Counted from the stretch's first letter, positions 8,239 to 18,235 are shown. The stretch is 64,000 nt of DNA from Alphaproteobacteria bacterium (GCA_965200785.1 CBDAVA010000003.1:2086205-2150204); one strand, 5' to 3'. Numbers and translations are program-made. Notes: generated by a model from the sequence alone, not told the origin.

Positions 8239-9125
8239 GTCTCAGTTTGTAACGAAGGCCCGTGCCGGCGGGTTTTTCGGAATGCGCCTCCGTGCTGCGC
8301 CGCTTCTATCGCCTCCCTTGTCGTCACCCCGGCCGGAGCAGAGCGGAGAGCCGGGGGCTGTCCTCCGCCGTTTCGACCCCGCGGAAAGATCAGAGGCTGG
8401 GCCCCGGCTCAAGGCCGGGGCGACAACAGGGCGTCCGGGGCGACGGCAGGGCAGGCCGGGGCGGCGAGTGGGGGTTCGGGGTGACGGGGGCCGGGTGCGG
8501 CAGGCAGGGTCATTCGGGGCACGGCCCGCATTGCGGCCCGAATGAAGCACCCCGCCCGTCACCCCGGCCGGCGCGCCCGCCTTCTTGTCACCCCGGCCGG
8601 AGCGCAGCGGAGAGCCGGGGTCCATCCTCTGCCGTTTCGTCCCTGCGGAAGGATCGGAGGCTGGGCCCCGGCTCAAGGCCGGGGCGACAGTAGGGCGTCC
8701 GGGGCGACAGTAGGGGTGTCCGGGGCGACGGCAGGGCAGGCCGGGTGCGGCAGGCAGGGTCATTCGGGGCACAGCCCGTATTGCGGCCCGAATGAAGCAC
8801 CCCGCCCGTCACTCCGGCCGGCGCGTGTGCCCTCGCGTCACCCCGCCGGCGCGCCCATCCTCCCGTCACCCCGGATGGAGCATGTGCCTCCTCTTGTCAC
8901 CCCGGCCGGAGCGCAGCGGAGAGCCGGGGTCCATCCTCCGCCGCTTCGGCCTTGCGGAAGGAACGGAGGCTGGGCCCCGGCTCAAAGCCGGGGCGACAGT
9001 AGTGGCGTCCGAGGCGACAGCAGGGCAGGCCGAGACAGCGCCGGGGGGGCGGGGCGGCGGGCCGGGCCTCTCAAGCTCCTGGCTGACTCTGCCAGAGGAA
9101 CGCGAATGCCAAACGGAGGCACTGC
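8239..9125 (+). repeat. Composite GC-rich intergenic repeat element (locus A), with the internal ~150-bp module present three times in tandem and interleaved with a second palindromic module.
   Basis: It begins with GTCTCAGTTTGTAACGAAGGCCCGTGCCGGCGGGTTTTTCGG and ends with …CTGCCAGAGGAACGCGAATGCCAAACGGAGGC. The module GTCACCCCGGCCGGAGCGCAGCGGAGAGCCGGGG…CTGGGCCCCGGCTCAAGGCCGGGGCGACA occurs at ~8320, ~8590 and ~8900. The same family recurs at 18236-18540, 36400-36712 and 54945-55168. Confidence 0.7.
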
Positions 9126-9204
9126 CGTCGGCAGGCGTTTTCCTGCCTTGCGCCAGCGCGGCCGCTTTCTATGGTGCAGCCATCTCATGCAAGGAGCAAC
9201 AAGG

Positions 9205-9687
9205 ATGACAATTGCAGCAGGAGACAAGGTGCCGGCGACGACCTTGAAGGAGATGACCGACAACGGACCGCAAAACGTCGAAACGGACGGTCTCTTCAGC
9301 GGAAAGAAGGTCGTCGCATTCTGCGTTCCCGGCGCGTTCACGCCGACATGCTCGGCCAAGCATCTTCCCGGCTTTATCGAGAAGGCGGACGCGATTCGCG
9401 CCAAGGGGGTGGATGACATCGTCTGCCTGTCGGTCAATGACCCCTTTGTCATGGGCGCCTGGGGCGAGGATCAAGGCGCTGCCGGCAAGGTCCGGATGCT
9501 GGCCGACGGGAGCGGCAATCTCGCCCGGGCCATGGGCGTCGAACTCGATCTGAGCGGCCTCGGGCTCGGCATACGCGCGCGCCGCTATTCCATGATCGTC
9601 GAGGACGGCACCGTCACACATCTCAATCTCGAGGACGGCGGGGCTTTCGAGGTTTCCAGCGCCGAAAGGATTCTGGAGCAGCTCTAG
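9205..9687 (+). CDS. Peroxiredoxin (Prx5-like, AhpC/TSA family).
   Basis: Has the FTPTCS peroxidatic Cys motif and Prx5-type length (160 aa). The ATG at 9205 is preceded by AAGGAG. Confidence 0.9.
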   Translation: MTIAAGDKVPATTLKEMTDNGPQNVETDGLFSGKKVVAFCVPGAFTPTCSAKHLPGFIEKADAIRAKGVDDIVCLSVNDPFVMGAWGEDQGAAGKVRMLADGSGNLARAMGVELDLSGLGLGIRARRYSMIVEDGTVTHLNLEDGGAFEVSSAERILEQL

Positions 9688-10127
9688 CACCGGGCGTCCT
9701 CGCGCCCGGCCTGCCGGCGCGCGAGGGCGTCAACGCGCTCGTTCTCCAGGTGGCCGGAGTGGCCGCGCACCCAGCGCCACTCGACCTGATGGGGAGCAAG
9801 GGCTGCATCCAGACGCTGCCAGAGGTCGATATTCTTCACCGGCTTTCTGGCGGCGGTGCGCCAGCCATTGCGCTTCCATGCCGGCATCCAGGACCGGACT
9901 CCGTCCATGACATAGCGGCTGTCGGTGGTCAGCAGCACGCTGCAAGGGCGGTTGAGAGCTTCAAGGCCCGCTATCGCCGCCATCAATTCCATTCGGTTGT
10001 TGGTCGTGTCCGGAGCGCCGCCGACGAGTTCCGACTCATGCGTGCCGCACCGCAACAGCGCCGCCCAGCCGCCGGGGCCCGGATTGCCCAGGCAGGCGCC
10101 GTCGGTGAAGAGTTCAACACGGGTCAC
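9684..10127 (-). CDS. rnhA: Ribonuclease HI.
   Basis: Conserved RNase H motifs are present ([24 protein letters not shown]). It overlaps thrB by 4 nt. Confidence 0.9.
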   Translation of the reverse strand: MTRVELFTDGACLGNPGPGGWAALLRCGTHESELVGGAPDTTNNRMELMAAIAGLEALNRPCSVLLTTDSRYVMDGVRSWMPAWKRNGWRTAARKPVKNIDLWQRLDAALAPHQVEWRWVRGHSGHLENERVDALARRQAGREDARC

Positions 10128-11041
10128 GACAATCCATCCAGCTTGCGCAGATATTCGACGGGATCCTTGGGGGTCATCAGCACGGCCGGCGACGGGTGAA
10201 GCCAGTCATGCAGGCGCGTCAGCAGAAAACGAAGCGCCGCGCCGCGCCTGAGTTCGGGCAATGCGCGAATTTCCGGAGGCGCCAGCGGCCGGACAGCCTC
10301 GTAACCCTTCTGCATCTCGACCGCCGCCTGCATATCGAAACGCCCCTCCGGATCGACGGTCCACGCAACCTGTGTGATGGCGAGGTCGTATGCCAACGCA
10401 TCGGTGCACGCAAAATAGAAATCGAAAATGCCGGAAACGGCGCTGTCCCGGAAAACCGCATTGTCGGGAAACAGGTCGGCGTGAATCGGGCCTGTCGGCA
10501 GGCCCGCCGGCCAGTGCTCCGCGATTTCCGCCAGCGCCCCGGAAATGCGCCCGGCAAGACCGGGCGACACGTCGTCGGCCCGATCCTGTGTCATGGCGCT
10601 GAGGCGGCGCCATCCCTCCGGCCCGAGATCGTTGGCCCGCACATGTCTGAAATCGGCGCCGGCCAGATGCAGCCTTCCAAGCGCCTCCCCGATGGCCCGG
10701 AAAGCCCGAGAGTCGCGTTCTCCTTCCAGAAAGGTGACGATCAGAGCCGTTCGGCCAGCCAGCGGCGACAGGGTTCCGCCGTCGCGGCGGCGCACCGGGG
10801 CAGGGCAGGGCGCCCCGCGGTTTGCGAGATGATCCATCAGGGCAACGAAAAACGGCAGGTCTGCGGCCCGGATACGATCTTCGAACAGCGTCAGCACATA
10901 GCGGCCCGATGACGCCTCAAGCATGTAGTTGGTGTTGTCTATTCCCTCGGGAATGGGGTCGAAGCGCAACAGACGCCCCAGATTGTATCCGTTCAGGAAC
11001 TGCTCCAGTGCGGCAGCGCCGACCGGGGTATAAACCGCCAT
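10124..11041 (-). CDS. thrB: Homoserine kinase (APH-fold ThrB type).
   Basis: The N-terminus MAVYTPV…[11 protein letters not shown]…GIDNTNY is typical of Pseudomonas/alpha-type homoserine kinase. The ispH-thrB-rnhA synteny supports this. Confidence 0.85.
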   Translation of the reverse strand: MAVYTPVGAAALEQFLNGYNLGRLLRFDPIPEGIDNTNYMLEASSGRYVLTLFEDRIRAADLPFFVALMDHLANRGAPCPAPVRRRDGGTLSPLAGRTALIVTFLEGERDSRAFRAIGEALGRLHLAGADFRHVRANDLGPEGWRRLSAMTQDRADDVSPGLAGRISGALAEIAEHWPAGLPTGPIHADLFPDNAVFRDSAVSGIFDFYFACTDALAYDLAITQVAWTVDPEGRFDMQAAVEMQKGYEAVRPLAPPEIRALPELRRGAALRFLLTRLHDWLHPSPAVLMTPKDPVEYLRKLDGLS

Positions 11042-11047
11042 ACAGGT

Positions 11048-11998
11048 TCAGGCCGCCAGTCCGCGCGGCAGCTTGAACTTCACCGTTTCCCGGGTATCGG
11101 TCCACTCCTCAACCGTCACGGAGAAGCGTTCGCGGCAAGCCTCGACGACCCCTCCAACCAGCACCTCCGGCGCAGACGCGCCGGCCGTGACGGCCAGCAC
11201 CTTCACACCCTTCAAGGCGTCCCAGTCGATATGGTCCGCGCTGTTGACCAGAAACGCCTTGGGGCAACCGGCAGCCTTCGCCACTTCCACCAGTCGATTG
11301 GAGTTTGAAGAGTTCGGAGAGCCAAGCACGATTACGGCGTCGGCGCCGGGAACAACTGTTTTGACGGCTGCCTGGCGATTGGTCGTGGCGTAGCAGATGT
11401 CGTCACTCCTGGGCTCATGCAGTCCGGGAAAACGCGCGCGAAGCGCAGCGATGATTTCGGCGGTGTCATCCACGGAAAGCGTTGTCTGGGTGACATAGGC
11501 AATTTCGCGGTCCGGCGGGGGCTGAACCTGGCGGGCTTCCTCGACGGTCTGGACCAGTTTGACGGCGCCCTCGGGCAGTTGCCCCATAGTGCCCACGACT
11601 TCGGGATGACCTGCATGACCGATCAACAGCAGGTGCCGGCCGGCCGCGAAATGCCGTTCGACTTCCCGATGGACCTTGCTCACCAATGGGCAAGTGGCGT
11701 CGATATAATCGAGCTCGCGCCGGCTGGCTTCCTCGGGAACGGATTTGGGGACGCCATGCGCTGAAAATACCACCGGCACGTCATCCGGCACCTTGTCCAG
11801 ACTCTCGACGAAAATAGCGCCCTTGTCCTGAAGCGTCTCGACGACAAAACGGTTGTGAACGATCTCATGGCGCACATAGACAGGCGCACCATACCGCTCC
11901 AGCGCAACTTCGACAGCCTGAATAGCCCGCACCACGCCGGCGCAAAATCCGCGTGGACCAGCGAGACGGATCGTGAGCGGCGGCTTCTCTCCCGTCAT
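11048..11998 (-). CDS. ispH: 4-hydroxy-3-methylbut-2-enyl diphosphate reductase.
   Basis: LytB motifs are present (GFCAGV, three conserved Cys, SSNSNRL). Confidence 0.9.
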   Translation of the reverse strand: MTGEKPPLTIRLAGPRGFCAGVVRAIQAVEVALERYGAPVYVRHEIVHNRFVVETLQDKGAIFVESLDKVPDDVPVVFSAHGVPKSVPEEASRRELDYIDATCPLVSKVHREVERHFAAGRHLLLIGHAGHPEVVGTMGQLPEGAVKLVQTVEEARQVQPPPDREIAYVTQTTLSVDDTAEIIAALRARFPGLHEPRSDDICYATTNRQAAVKTVVPGADAVIVLGSPNSSNSNRLVEVAKAAGCPKAFLVNSADHIDWDALKGVKVLAVTAGASAPEVLVGGVVEACRERFSVTVEEWTDTRETVKFKLPRGLAA

Positions 11999-12072
11999 TG
12001 TGCGATCCTCCGGTCCGTTCTAAGGTCGGCAGTGCAACGGCGTATTGCCGAGCTTAATGCAGAGGACGGTCG

Positions 12073-12606
12073 ATGGCGAGAGGGTTTGCGGTTGGAGCTG
12101 CGGGGCTGGTGGCGGCGCTTTCGGTCCTGGGAGGCTGTTCGGCCATTGGCGGCAAATCCACATCCTGCCCGACCGTCGGCGTCGTCGATAACGCCGGGCA
12201 ACTGACACGGTTCAGGAGCGGCGAACAGCGCGACCTTACGGATATCGAGTTCGAGGTGCAGGTTGCCAGCCTGTCCGCCGACTGCAGCTTCGACAGCGAG
12301 ACGCGGCTCGGCTCCGTGGAGCTCGACATCGCATTCCGCGCGCAGCGCGGGCCTGCGAGCATGACAGCTGCACACAGCTTCGGCTATTTCGTCGCCATCG
12401 TTGATCCTGACGGCAGCGTCACGGCCCGGAAGGCGTTTTCCATGCAGGCCGCTTTCGAGGACGGCAAGACGGAGGCGGTGCGCACCGAGCCGCTGGCCCT
12501 CACGATCCCGACGGCGGAAGGCACGGCGTTTCCCGCTTACCGAATCTATGTCGGGATGCAGCTCACGCGCGAACAGTTCGACCGTAACCTGACAGGCGGC
12601 CGCTAG
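12073..12606 (+). CDS. Hypothetical lipoprotein.
   Basis: Signal peptide plus lipobox (LSVLGG-C-S). There is no recognisable catalytic motif. The ATG is preceded by AGAGGA. Confidence 0.55.
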   Translation: MARGFAVGAAGLVAALSVLGGCSAIGGKSTSCPTVGVVDNAGQLTRFRSGEQRDLTDIEFEVQVASLSADCSFDSETRLGSVELDIAFRAQRGPASMTAAHSFGYFVAIVDPDGSVTARKAFSMQAAFEDGKTEAVRTEPLALTIPTAEGTAFPAYRIYVGMQLTREQFDRNLTGGR

Positions 12607-15119
12607 GCCTCAATGCCGTATCGGCTGAGCGCGAAGGCGTATAGCTCCGCGAGTTCGGCCAGTGTCTCGAAGCGGCCCGACGCGCCGCCATGTCCGGTGG
12701 CCATATTCGTGCGCAGAAGCAGCGTCGGTTCGCCTTCGGCACTATCCCGGAGCGCCGCGATCCATTTCGCCGGCTCCCAATAGGTCACGCGCGGATCCGA
12801 AACGCCTGCGGTCGCGAAAATATCGGGGTAGGGCGCAGCAGTGACATTCTCGTAGGGGCTGTAGGCTGCAATACGCCGGAACGCCGCCTCGTCTTCTATC
12901 GGATTGCCCCATTCCGGCCATTCAGGCGGCGTCAACGGCAATGCGGCGTCGGACATGGTGTTGAGCACATCGACGAACGGCACTTCGGCCAGCACGGCGT
13001 CGAACAGATCCGGCGCGCGGTTGACCGCGGCGCCCACCAGCAATCCCCCCGCGCTGCCGCCATGGGCGATGATGCTGCCGGCATATTCCTGCGCGGCCAG
13101 ATAGCGTCCGGCGGCGATGAAGTCGTCAAAACTGTTGGTCTTGTCGGCGAGTTTCCCGGTTCGGTACCAACGATAGCCGCGGTCCGTCCCGCCCCTGACA
13201 TGCGCGATGGCGTAAACCACGCCCCGATCGACAAGACTGAGTCTCGATGTCGAGAAACCCGCCGGAATGGATATGCCATAGGCGCCATACCCGTAGAGAA
13301 GGCAGGGCGGCGGCGGCGAGAACGCCAGATCGGCCCGGTAGAGCAGGGTGATCGGCACCGCCTCACCGTCCGGGGCCGCCGCAAACAGCCGCCGGACCCT
13401 ATAGGCTGCGGGGTCGTGGCCGCTCGGCACCTCCTGTTTTCGCAACAGCCGGCGTGTCCGGGCGGCCATGTCGTAGTCATAGACGTGAGCCGGTGTTGTC
13501 GGCGAGGCATAGGCGAAGCGCAGCGTGTCCGCCGCGTATTCAAAGCCCCGGAGGAGACTCAGGGAATAGGCCTCCTCGTCAAACGCAATCGCATGTTCGT
13601 CGCCGGAGGCGCGGGCGCGTACGACGATCCGGGGCAGCCCGTCCTCCCGCTCGAGACGCACGATCCAGTCGCGGAACAGGAGAAGCTGCAGGATGAGACG
13701 GCCCGGGATGTGCGGTATCAGGTCTTCCCAGGCGCCGGGGGCCGGGGCTTCGAGCGGGGCGGCGGCGACGCGAAAATCCTCGGCGTCGCGATCATTGGCG
13801 AGAACCAGCAACCGGTCCCCCTGGTCCCCGAGCGCATATTCGACACCGGGGCGCCGGGCTGCTACCAGACGGGGCGGGTTTTCGGGCTGGTCGGCATCGA
13901 CAAGGCGGATCTCGCTTGTCGTGTGGTCATGCGCATCCAGAAGGATGAACCGGCCGCTTTCCGTCTTTCCGACATTCACGAAGAAGCCGGGGTCGGTCTC
14001 TTCGTAAACGAGTTCGGGCGAGCCTCCGAGACGACGGCGATACACCCATCTGGGCCGGGCATGGTCGTCGCGGACCGTATAGAACACGGTTTCGCTGTCA
14101 TTGGCCCAGACGACATCGCCGGCGGTCCGCTCGACCTTGTCCGGCAGATCGGCGCCGGTCCGGGCGTCCCGGAAGAACAGCGTGTAGTCTTCGGAGCCGG
14201 CGAGATCGGCCGCGCAGGCAATCAGGCGGTGGTCGGGGCTGTGCCCGCAGGCGGCAATGCGGCAATAGGCTTGGCCGTCGGCAAGACGGTTGCCGTCCAG
14301 GAGCACCGTTTCCGCGCCTTCGCTGTCCTTGCGGCAAAACAGGGGGTATTCGCCGCCCGCGACGAAGCGGCGGTAATAGGCGAACGGGCCGTCCGGAGCC
14401 GGGGCTGTCGCGTCGTCTTCCTGGATCCTGCCCCGCATTTCCTGCAGCAGTGTTTCCTGAAGCGCGCGAAAGGGCTGCATCACCGCCCCCACATGCGCGT
14501 TCTCGGCTTCCAGATGCCGCCTGATGTCATCCGGCAGGACAGACGGGTCGCGCATCGCCTCCTGCCAGTTCCCGGCGCGAAGCCAGGCATAGGGGTCCAT
14601 GCGCTGCTGCCCGTGCTGGGTGATGCTGAGAGGGCGCCGCTCCGCCCGCGGCGGCCTCAGCGGGTTTTCCCCGGTGCCGATGCGGGTGAAGGCCCGCAGG
14701 GTTTCCTCGCTGACATGGTGTTCGATGCCCTCGGCATCGCGCCGGGCGGTCTCGTCGCTCACGCCGATCGCTTTCAGGAAGTCCAGCACGATCTGGTGGC
14801 GCCGGCGCGAGCGCAGCGCCATCTTGCGGCCCCGTCCGGTCAGGAATATCGATCGGTAGGGCCGTGTCGTGACCAGTCCGTCCCGCTGGAGGCGGGCAAC
14901 CGCCTTGCTGGCCGTCATATGGGTGACGCCCATGCGCCGCGCGATATCGACCAGGCGCGCCTCGCCGCTGGCCTCGATCAGGTCGTCGATCAGTTCGACA
15001 TAGTCTTCCGCAATTTCCTTGCGCCGCGCCCGCCGCGTATGGGTGAACACCGCCGCCTGCCGCTCGGCGTCTCCGAGCGTCCTGTCGGCATCGCGATCGT
15101 CGTCTTGTCGGTCGGTCAT
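12603..15119 (-). CDS. Fusion ORF of an MntR/DtxR-family metalloregulator N-terminal domain (~aa 25-145) and oligopeptidase B (S9A serine peptidase, PtrB).
   Basis: The N-terminus aligns to MntR (IAEDYVELIDDLIEASGEARLVDIA…EGIEHHVSEETL). From …PRAERRPLSITQHGQQRMDPYAWLR onward it aligns to E. coli PtrB through the catalytic GGSAGG region to the C-terminus. No stop codon or canonical start separates the two parts. Confidence 0.75.
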   Translation of the reverse strand: MTDRQDDDRDADRTLGDAERQAAVFTHTRRARRKEIAEDYVELIDDLIEASGEARLVDIARRMGVTHMTASKAVARLQRDGLVTTRPYRSIFLTGRGRKMALRSRRRHQIVLDFLKAIGVSDETARRDAEGIEHHVSEETLRAFTRIGTGENPLRPPRAERRPLSITQHGQQRMDPYAWLRAGNWQEAMRDPSVLPDDIRRHLEAENAHVGAVMQPFRALQETLLQEMRGRIQEDDATAPAPDGPFAYYRRFVAGGEYPLFCRKDSEGAETVLLDGNRLADGQAYCRIAACGHSPDHRLIACAADLAGSEDYTLFFRDARTGADLPDKVERTAGDVVWANDSETVFYTVRDDHARPRWVYRRRLGGSPELVYEETDPGFFVNVGKTESGRFILLDAHDHTTSEIRLVDADQPENPPRLVAARRPGVEYALGDQGDRLLVLANDRDAEDFRVAAAPLEAPAPGAWEDLIPHIPGRLILQLLLFRDWIVRLEREDGLPRIVVRARASGDEHAIAFDEEAYSLSLLRGFEYAADTLRFAYASPTTPAHVYDYDMAARTRRLLRKQEVPSGHDPAAYRVRRLFAAAPDGEAVPITLLYRADLAFSPPPPCLLYGYGAYGISIPAGFSTSRLSLVDRGVVYAIAHVRGGTDRGYRWYRTGKLADKTNSFDDFIAAGRYLAAQEYAGSIIAHGGSAGGLLVGAAVNRAPDLFDAVLAEVPFVDVLNTMSDAALPLTPPEWPEWGNPIEDEAAFRRIAAYSPYENVTAAPYPDIFATAGVSDPRVTYWEPAKWIAALRDSAEGEPTLLLRTNMATGHGGASGRFETLAELAELYAFALSRYGIEA

Positions 15120-15271
15120 CGCCCCATACCTATGACCGATGAACGCAAGGCCGGCAAGGGAACGCAGCCATTCGCGGCGCCCCCGTTTGAGGGCCGCATT
15201 CTCCCGGCGGGTCCGGACACTCGCCCGTCACACGGCTTTCCGCTGCGCTCCGGCGGCGCCTTCACCATGCG

Positions 15272-18040
15272 TCAATGCGCATCGGCCCAGTTATCGGCCG
15301 CGCCGGTCTCGACCATCAACGGTATGGAGAGTTCGGCTGCACTCTCCATGACCGAGGCGACGCAGGCCCGGGTTTCCTCCACTTCGTCCTCGGGGGCCTC
15401 GAACAGAAGTTCGTCATGGACCTGGAGCAGCATACGCGCCCGCAAGCCCCTGGCGGCCAGCGCCGGGGGAACGCGCAGCATGGCGCGCTTGATGATGTCG
15501 GCGGCCGATCCCTGGAGCGGGGCATTGATCGCGGCGCGCTCGGCGAAGCTGCGCCTGGCCGCGTTCTTGTCGGCTATATGGGGTGTGCGGCATTTCCGTC
15601 CGAAGACGGTCGGGACGTAGCCGTGCTTGCGCGCAAACTGCCTGGCGCGCTCCATATAGTCGCGAATGCCCGGATAACGCTCGAAATAAGCATCGATATA
15701 GGCGCGCGCATCCCCTTGCGGAATTGCCAGTTGCCGCGACAGGCCGAAGGCCGATATGCCGTAAATGATGCCGAAATTGATCGCCTTGGCGCGCCGCCGC
15801 GTCATGGGGTCCATGCCCTCGACCGGCAGCCCGAACACCTGGGACGCCGTGAGAGCATGGATATCGAGCCCGGCGCGGAAGGCGTCGCGCAACGGCGCGA
15901 TCTCCGCCACATGGGCCAGCAGCCGCAATTCGATTTGCGAATAATCGGCGCTGACCAGCACATGGCCGGGTTCCGCGATAAAGGCGCGGCGGATCTTTCG
16001 GCCTTCCTCCGTGCGCACCGGTATGTTCTGGAGGTTAGGGTCGTTCGAGGACAGGCGGCCTGTGCCGGCGACCGTCTGGGACAGGGATGTGTGGATGCGC
16101 TGCGTGCCGGGATGGGCGGCGGCGGCGAGCGCCTCGGTATAGGTGCTGCGCAGTTTCGACAGCTGCCGCCAGTCCAGAACCCGCGCCGGCAGCGCATGGC
16201 CCTGGGCGCGCAGGTCCTCCAGAATGTCGGCGCCGGTTCCATAGGCACCGGTCTTGCCCTTCCGGCCGCCCGGCAGACCCATTTCATCGAACAGGATTTC
16301 GCCAAGCTGCTTGGGCGACCCGATGTTGAAGGACCTGCCGGCGAGATCGAGAATTTCCTGCTTGAGCGCGTCGATGCGCTGGGCGAAATCTCGAGACAGC
16401 GCTTTCAGCGCCACGACATCGACCTTGATCCCGGCGGCTTCCATATCGGCCAGCACCGGAATCAGGGGGCGTTCTATCGTCTCATGGACAGCCGCCATGC
16501 GCTCCTCGCGCAGGCGCGGGCGCAGAATTTCGTGCAGCCTGAGCGTGATGTCGGCGTCTTCCGCCGCATAGTCGCGCGCCTTGTCGAGCGCCACCTTGTC
16601 GAAAGTAATCGCGTTCTTGCCCGTGCCGCAAAGGCTCTTGTAGCTGATGCATTCATGGTCGAGATACAAGCGCGCAAGGTCTTCCATGCCATGGCGGTGG
16701 CTGGTGCCGTTCAGCACATAGGAAAGCACCATCGTGTCGTCGATGGGCGCCATGTGAATGCCATGACCGGCAAGGACCGCCATATCATATTTGATGTTCT
16801 GGCCGACCTTCAGCACGGAGTCCGCCGCGAGCAGCGGCTCGAGAACGGCGAGCGCGGCTTCAGGCGTCAGTTGATGCGGCGCCCCGGCTTCCAGCAGCCC
16901 GGCAGGCGCGGTGTGCCCGACCGGAATGTAGCAGGCCTTGCCCGGCGCGATGGCGAGAGACAGGCCGATCAGCCGCGCGCGCTGCGCATTCAGACTGTCC
17001 GTCTCGGTGTCTATGGCGATGATTCCGGCCTCGAAACCGGCCTCGACCCAGGTTCTGAGCGTCTCTTCGTCGGTAACGAGCCGATAGTCCGTCTCCACCG
17101 GCTCCGGCGCGGAGGCTTCCTCCTCGTCATCCCCGAGACGCGCGAGCACCGAGGCGAAGCCCTGTTCCCGCAGGAAGGGGCGAAGCCGCCCCATATCCGG
17201 CCCGGCGACAATGAAAGCATCCAGATCATCGGTCACGGGCGCGTCGTCGCGCAGCCGGACGAGATCGCGCGAAACGCGCGCGAGATCGGCAAATTCAAGC
17301 AGATTGCTGCGCCGCCTCGGCTGGCGGATTTCCCCGGCCCGCGAAAGCAGCGTGTCGAGATCGCCGTAATCGCCGATCAACAAGGCCGCAGTCTTGATGC
17401 CGATGCCCGGCACGCCGGGAACATTGTCGGTGGAGTCGCCGGCAAGCGCCTGTACATCGACGACCTTGTCCGGCGCCACGCCGAAACGCTCGACGACCTC
17501 GGCCTCGCCGATCCGGCGCTGTTTCATCGGGTCGAAAAGCGATATTCGCTCATCGACCAGCTGCATCAGGTCCTTGTCGGACGAGACGATCGTGACCTCC
17601 GCGCCGAGCTTCGCCGCCCGGCGGGCATAGGTCGCGATGAGATCGTCTGCCTCAAAGCCGGGCAGTTCGGCAGCCCGCAGGTTGAGCGCCTTCACAGCCT
17701 CCCGGATCAGCGCGAATTGCGGGATGAGTTCCGGCGGCGGCTCGAAGCGGTTCGCCTTGTAATCGGGGTAGATGTCGTTGCGAAAGGTCTTCCGGGCGAC
17801 ATCGAAGACAACGGCGATCCGGTCGGCGTCGGTGCTCTCGACCAGCCGCATCAACATGGTTGTGAAGCCATAAACGGCGTTTACGGGCACGCCGTCCGGC
17901 CGCGTCATGGGGGGCAGGGCGTGGAAGGCGCGGAAAATGTAGCCGGAACCATCGACCAGACAAATGTGGCGGGGCCCGCTGGTCGTCAATGCGCCGCCCG
18001 GAGACCGGCCCCGTCTTTCAGCACGAACCGCCGCCCGCAA
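15272..18040 (-). CDS. polA: DNA polymerase I.
   Basis: Full 5'-3' exonuclease, 3'-5' exonuclease and polymerase domains align to E. coli PolA. The ORF-track start (TTG 18040) overlaps the upstream zf gene. A TTG at 17989 (…TTSGPRHICLVDGSGY) is a more compact alternative start. Confidence 0.9.
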   Translation of the reverse strand: MRAAVRAERRGRSPGGALTTSGPRHICLVDGSGYIFRAFHALPPMTRPDGVPVNAVYGFTTMLMRLVESTDADRIAVVFDVARKTFRNDIYPDYKANRFEPPPELIPQFALIREAVKALNLRAAELPGFEADDLIATYARRAAKLGAEVTIVSSDKDLMQLVDERISLFDPMKQRRIGEAEVVERFGVAPDKVVDVQALAGDSTDNVPGVPGIGIKTAALLIGDYGDLDTLLSRAGEIRQPRRRSNLLEFADLARVSRDLVRLRDDAPVTDDLDAFIVAGPDMGRLRPFLREQGFASVLARLGDDEEEASAPEPVETDYRLVTDEETLRTWVEAGFEAGIIAIDTETDSLNAQRARLIGLSLAIAPGKACYIPVGHTAPAGLLEAGAPHQLTPEAALAVLEPLLAADSVLKVGQNIKYDMAVLAGHGIHMAPIDDTMVLSYVLNGTSHRHGMEDLARLYLDHECISYKSLCGTGKNAITFDKVALDKARDYAAEDADITLRLHEILRPRLREERMAAVHETIERPLIPVLADMEAAGIKVDVVALKALSRDFAQRIDALKQEILDLAGRSFNIGSPKQLGEILFDEMGLPGGRKGKTGAYGTGADILEDLRAQGHALPARVLDWRQLSKLRSTYTEALAAAAHPGTQRIHTSLSQTVAGTGRLSSNDPNLQNIPVRTEEGRKIRRAFIAEPGHVLVSADYSQIELRLLAHVAEIAPLRDAFRAGLDIHALTASQVFGLPVEGMDPMTRRRAKAINFGIIYGISAFGLSRQLAIPQGDARAYIDAYFERYPGIRDYMERARQFARKHGYVPTVFGRKCRTPHIADKNAARRSFAERAAINAPLQGSAADIIKRAMLRVPPALAARGLRARMLLQVHDELLFEAPEDEVEETRACVASVMESAAELSIPLMVETGAADNWADAH

Positions 18041-18165
18041 TAGGGGCAGTCCACACGGCCTTCGCCGTCAAGATGGAGGAAAACCCGGGGGTGGCCCAGC
18101 GCGCCGCCGCCCCCGTCGCAGGCAACCGCAAGCTCCTCGACCTCAATCGTCTCCGGCGGTTCCAT
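17986..18165 (-). CDS. Small zinc-finger (CHCC-type, PF10276-like) protein.
   Basis: A 59-aa protein, MEPPETIEVEELAVACDGGGGALGHPRVFLHLDGEGRVDCPYCGRRF. The C-x8-H-x14-C-x2-C spacing matches zf-CHCC. It lies immediately upstream of polA. Confidence 0.6.
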   Translation of the reverse strand: MEPPETIEVEELAVACDGGGGALGHPRVFLHLDGEGRVDCPYCGRRFVLKDGAGLRAAH

Positions 18166-18235
18166 CAATGTTGCCCCGACACTTTCCCGAGCCGGCCGGA
18201 ATGATAGCGCAAGCGCCTTGAGACGCAACCTGCGG

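Noticed and set aside
8239-9125. A possible CRISPR array, from the alternating repeated modules.
   Set aside because: The repeats are ~150 bp and ~95 bp, not 28-37 bp. The intervening segments are themselves repeated rather than unique spacers. Identical units occur as single copies at three other loci and no cas genes are nearby.
8182-9170. Multiple short ORFs (e.g. 8182-8484, 8262-8693, 8792-9208) and their look-alikes at the other repeat loci encoding similar peptides (…VTPAGAQRRAGVHPPPFRPCGRIGGWAPAQGRGD…).
   Set aside because: The peptide similarity is a trivial consequence of near-identical repeat DNA. The ORFs sit in all frames and both strands of palindromic GC-rich sequence and lack start-site signals.
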